The position numbers and the translations under genes were made by a program. This document shows positions 36,637 to 38,716 of a stretch of DNA of 38,716 nucleotides, in pieces (the stretch's first letter is position 1; each line of letters opens with the position of its first letter). Below the pieces are notes generated by a model. That model ran no database searches, was not told the DNA's origin, and saw nothing but the letters and a program-made list of their open reading frames with translations. The stretch comes from a virus (lineage: Duplodnaviria > Caudoviricetes), in IMG/VR virus record IMGVR_UViG_3300017770_000042, positions 1 through 38,716 of that record; one strand, 5' to 3'.

Positions 36637-37242
36637 TCACCTTATTGCTCTACGTGGTGCTCCACGAATTATTATTTTAGATACATCATAGTTATCAAGT
36701 AACATATTACTGTCTTCTGTTTGTGCTTCACATTGTTCAAAATAAACCATAGCTTCTGATTCATCTTTTTCTGTAAATCCACCTAAAGTATCTGAACCCA
36801 TAAATCTACCTTGAAATCTTCTTGCAGACTTAACTGTAACGTATCTCTTAACGTGCTCTGGTAAATCATTAAAGTCTAATAGTAGAACCATATCTACATA
36901 ATATGTACCTTCAAATGTTGTGAAGGAAAATTTCTTACGGTCATATAATCTTGTACCTCTTTGAACAACATCAACATCACTAGTAGAACCAGAAGTGTCT
37001 ATTTTCACACAGTTACTAGGTACATTTAATTGTCCATCTGTATCAGGCACAATAGGATATTCATATTCAGTATTACAATGAAGTCCTTGAGATTGTAAAG
37101 ACCTAGAAGTTTCATCTAATATTGACTTAGCAATAGATACATCTACAAGTTGAGCATCATCTAAACTAGATACAGGAGACTCACCTATAGAAGCTAACAT
37201 AATGTTAACTGCTTCAAGTTCTGTTGTTGGTGTAGTTGACAT
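36637..37242 (-). CDS. Tail tubular protein A, T7 gp11-like
   Basis: TELEAVNIMLASIGESPVSSL motif; likely ATG at 37242. Confidence 0.93.
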   Translation of the reverse strand: MSTTPTTELEAVNIMLASIGESPVSSLDDAQLVDVSIAKSILDETSRSLQSQGLHCNTEYEYPIVPDTDGQLNVPSNCVKIDTSGSTSDVDVVQRGTRLYDRKKFSFTTFEGTYYVDMVLLLDFNDLPEHVKRYVTVKSARRFQGRFMGSDTLGGFTEKDESEAMVYFEQCEAQTEDSNMLLDNYDVSKIIIRGAPRRAIR

Positions 37243-37254
37243 AATCAATCCTGT

Positions 37255-37289
37255 AAAAAAAAGCGAAAGCCAAATGAATGACTCTCGCT
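37255..37289 (-). terminator. Terminator after major capsid gene (T-phi-like)
   Basis: AGCGAGAGTCA...TGGCTTTCGCT stem followed by a T run on the minus strand. Confidence 0.85.
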
Positions 37290-37299
37290 ATGATTAAAA

Positions 37300-38253
37300 T
37301 TAAGCAGTTTGAATTTGTACTGCAGCCTCTGGACGTAGTGCACCATGACCCATTGCATACTTTGCAACCATTAGTGTACCTTGTCTTCGGATGTCGTACT
37401 CTGATTCAACAGCTAAATCCATTAACTTAACTGTACCTACAGCAGAAGTATGAGCAATAATTGCAACTGTGTTAGATGCGTTAATTACCTGTGCTCCACC
37501 TGCACCACCTGCATCAACTCCAGTACCAGTTACGTTACCAGTTGGTAGATGAGGGGTCTTAATTAGGTTAATACCTGCTAACTGAGGGATTGTACCTTCA
37601 GCAATAGAACCTCTACCTGAGAAGTCTACATTAACAGCATTAGTAGCATTAGCTAATAGGTAATACTGTTCAGGTTTTAGATAACAGAATCTTCCTTCTG
37701 ATGGTACATAACCGTCATCTAGTGCTTCAGCAGCATCAAAGATTGAAGTAATTAATGAAGCAGCAGATGTATTAGCATCTGAGTCTGTAATAATTGTACC
37801 TGCTTCGTAACCTGAGTCACCTACGTTTGCAGTTCCTGCAGCAGCTTGAAGCATAGTTTGAAGAACGTGCTTATCCATTTGGAAAGCTAGTGCTCTACCC
37901 ATCTCTGACGAATATACAGAACGAACATCGTAATGGTTCTTAGCTTCTTGAATATTTGCAATGAAGTGGTTAGAGATTAGAAGGTCATTAATAGTAATAA
38001 CTTTCTCTGCGTGATTTAGGGCTGTGCCTGTTATCTCATTTCCTGGGGTATGATATGCAGCAGAACTTCTACCCATAACTGGGAACTGTGCAGACTTACC
38101 TGATGCGATTGTACGTATCATGTGCTTGTCGGCTGTAACAGTAGTCTGCTCGAAAGAAGTTAATACTTCCCCAGAGAACTGTTTAAGAAACATAGCATCA
38201 GCAGTACCAGTATTATTAACTTTACCGATATCTGATATAGTTGCGTTTGACAT
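37300..38253 (-). CDS. Major capsid protein, T7 gp10-like
   Basis: FLKQFSGEVLTSF, RTIASGKSAQFP, ITINDLL, YAMGHGALRPEAA. Confidence 0.97.
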   Translation of the reverse strand: MSNATISDIGKVNNTGTADAMFLKQFSGEVLTSFEQTTVTADKHMIRTIASGKSAQFPVMGRSSAAYHTPGNEITGTALNHAEKVITINDLLISNHFIANIQEAKNHYDVRSVYSSEMGRALAFQMDKHVLQTMLQAAAGTANVGDSGYEAGTIITDSDANTSAASLITSIFDAAEALDDGYVPSEGRFCYLKPEQYYLLANATNAVNVDFSGRGSIAEGTIPQLAGINLIKTPHLPTGNVTGTGVDAGGAGGAQVINASNTVAIIAHTSAVGTVKLMDLAVESEYDIRRQGTLMVAKYAMGHGALRPEAAVQIQTA

Positions 38254-38385
38254 ATAAATGTCTCCTTATTGTAAAAAGTTGAAATAAAAGTGCGTTCCAA
38301 CATTCCTACCGTACACATGAGTATCCTCGCAAGGGTCTAGTCTTTGGTTTGATGTTTTGAACTTATAGCTTCCTTGTTAGGAAGA

Positions 38386-38716
38386 CTATGATAATTTGCT
38401 TCGTCCTAGCTTCTTCTCTACCGTTGCTCTAAAAGCAGGGTCTTTAGAATAAGCAGGATTTTTCATATCGGTTGTAACTTGTGCCCAACTTTGGTATGTG
38501 TCCACAGACTCTGAGGGTCTACCCCCAACCAAGTTTGGCTCTACTCCGACCATGTTTTTGTAACGTGCATTTAAGGCTTCGACTGCTAGTTTAGCTTGAG
38601 CCATATCTCCTGAATTAACAGCAAGATTAAAAGCATCTTTCTCAGCTTGATTCATATTATCGGCTGCCCATTCTGTCATCTGTGTATAGTTTTCTTCACC
38701 ACCTACAGAATTAAAA
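38386..38716 (-). CDS. Capsid scaffolding protein, C-terminal part
   Basis: Frame open to the window end (FNSVGGEENYTQMTEWA...); MKNPAY.KDPAFR..VEKKLGRS C-terminus. Confidence 0.9.
   Translation of the reverse strand, partial: FNSVGGEENYTQMTEWAADNMNQAEKDAFNLAVNSGDMAQAKLAVEALNARYKNMVGVEPNLVGGRPSESVDTYQSWAQVTTDMKNPAYSKDPAFRATVEKKLGRSKLS

Noticed and set aside
37290-37330. T7 10B-like capsid frameshift extension
   Set aside because: No clear slippery site, and a terminator follows immediately.

Overview
Near-complete (~38.7 kb), circularly permuted genome of an AT-rich T7-like podovirus (Autographiviridae), with all credible genes on the minus strand. The scaffolding gene is split across the window ends. 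The likely physical genome end is near 18.49 kb, just after the terminase gene. Reading down from there: a very AT-rich first-entry module, small early genes, tyrosine integrase, attP (3' half of tRNA-Leu(TAA)), RNA polymerase, SSB, endonuclease I, amidase, primase/helicase, MazG-like protein, DNA polymerase A, exonuclease, class II RNR, portal, scaffold, capsid, tail tubes, internal virion proteins, a ~10-gene split tail-fibre array, lysis genes and terminase. Gene content suggests a marine alphaproteobacterial host (inference). Most notable: the phage looks temperate yet has no recognisable repressor. An exact alphaproteobacterial LexA box (GTTC-N7-GTTC) overlies a candidate early promoter upstream of the integrase, and attP plus a terminator sit between integrase and RNAP. 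This suggests a host-SOS-gated, integration-dependent lysogeny switch. Also seen: three phage-RNAP promoters, a long-range 23-bp inverted repeat in the first-entry region, a structured capsid leader and several unlisted small ORFs. All calls come from reading the sequence; no searches were run.
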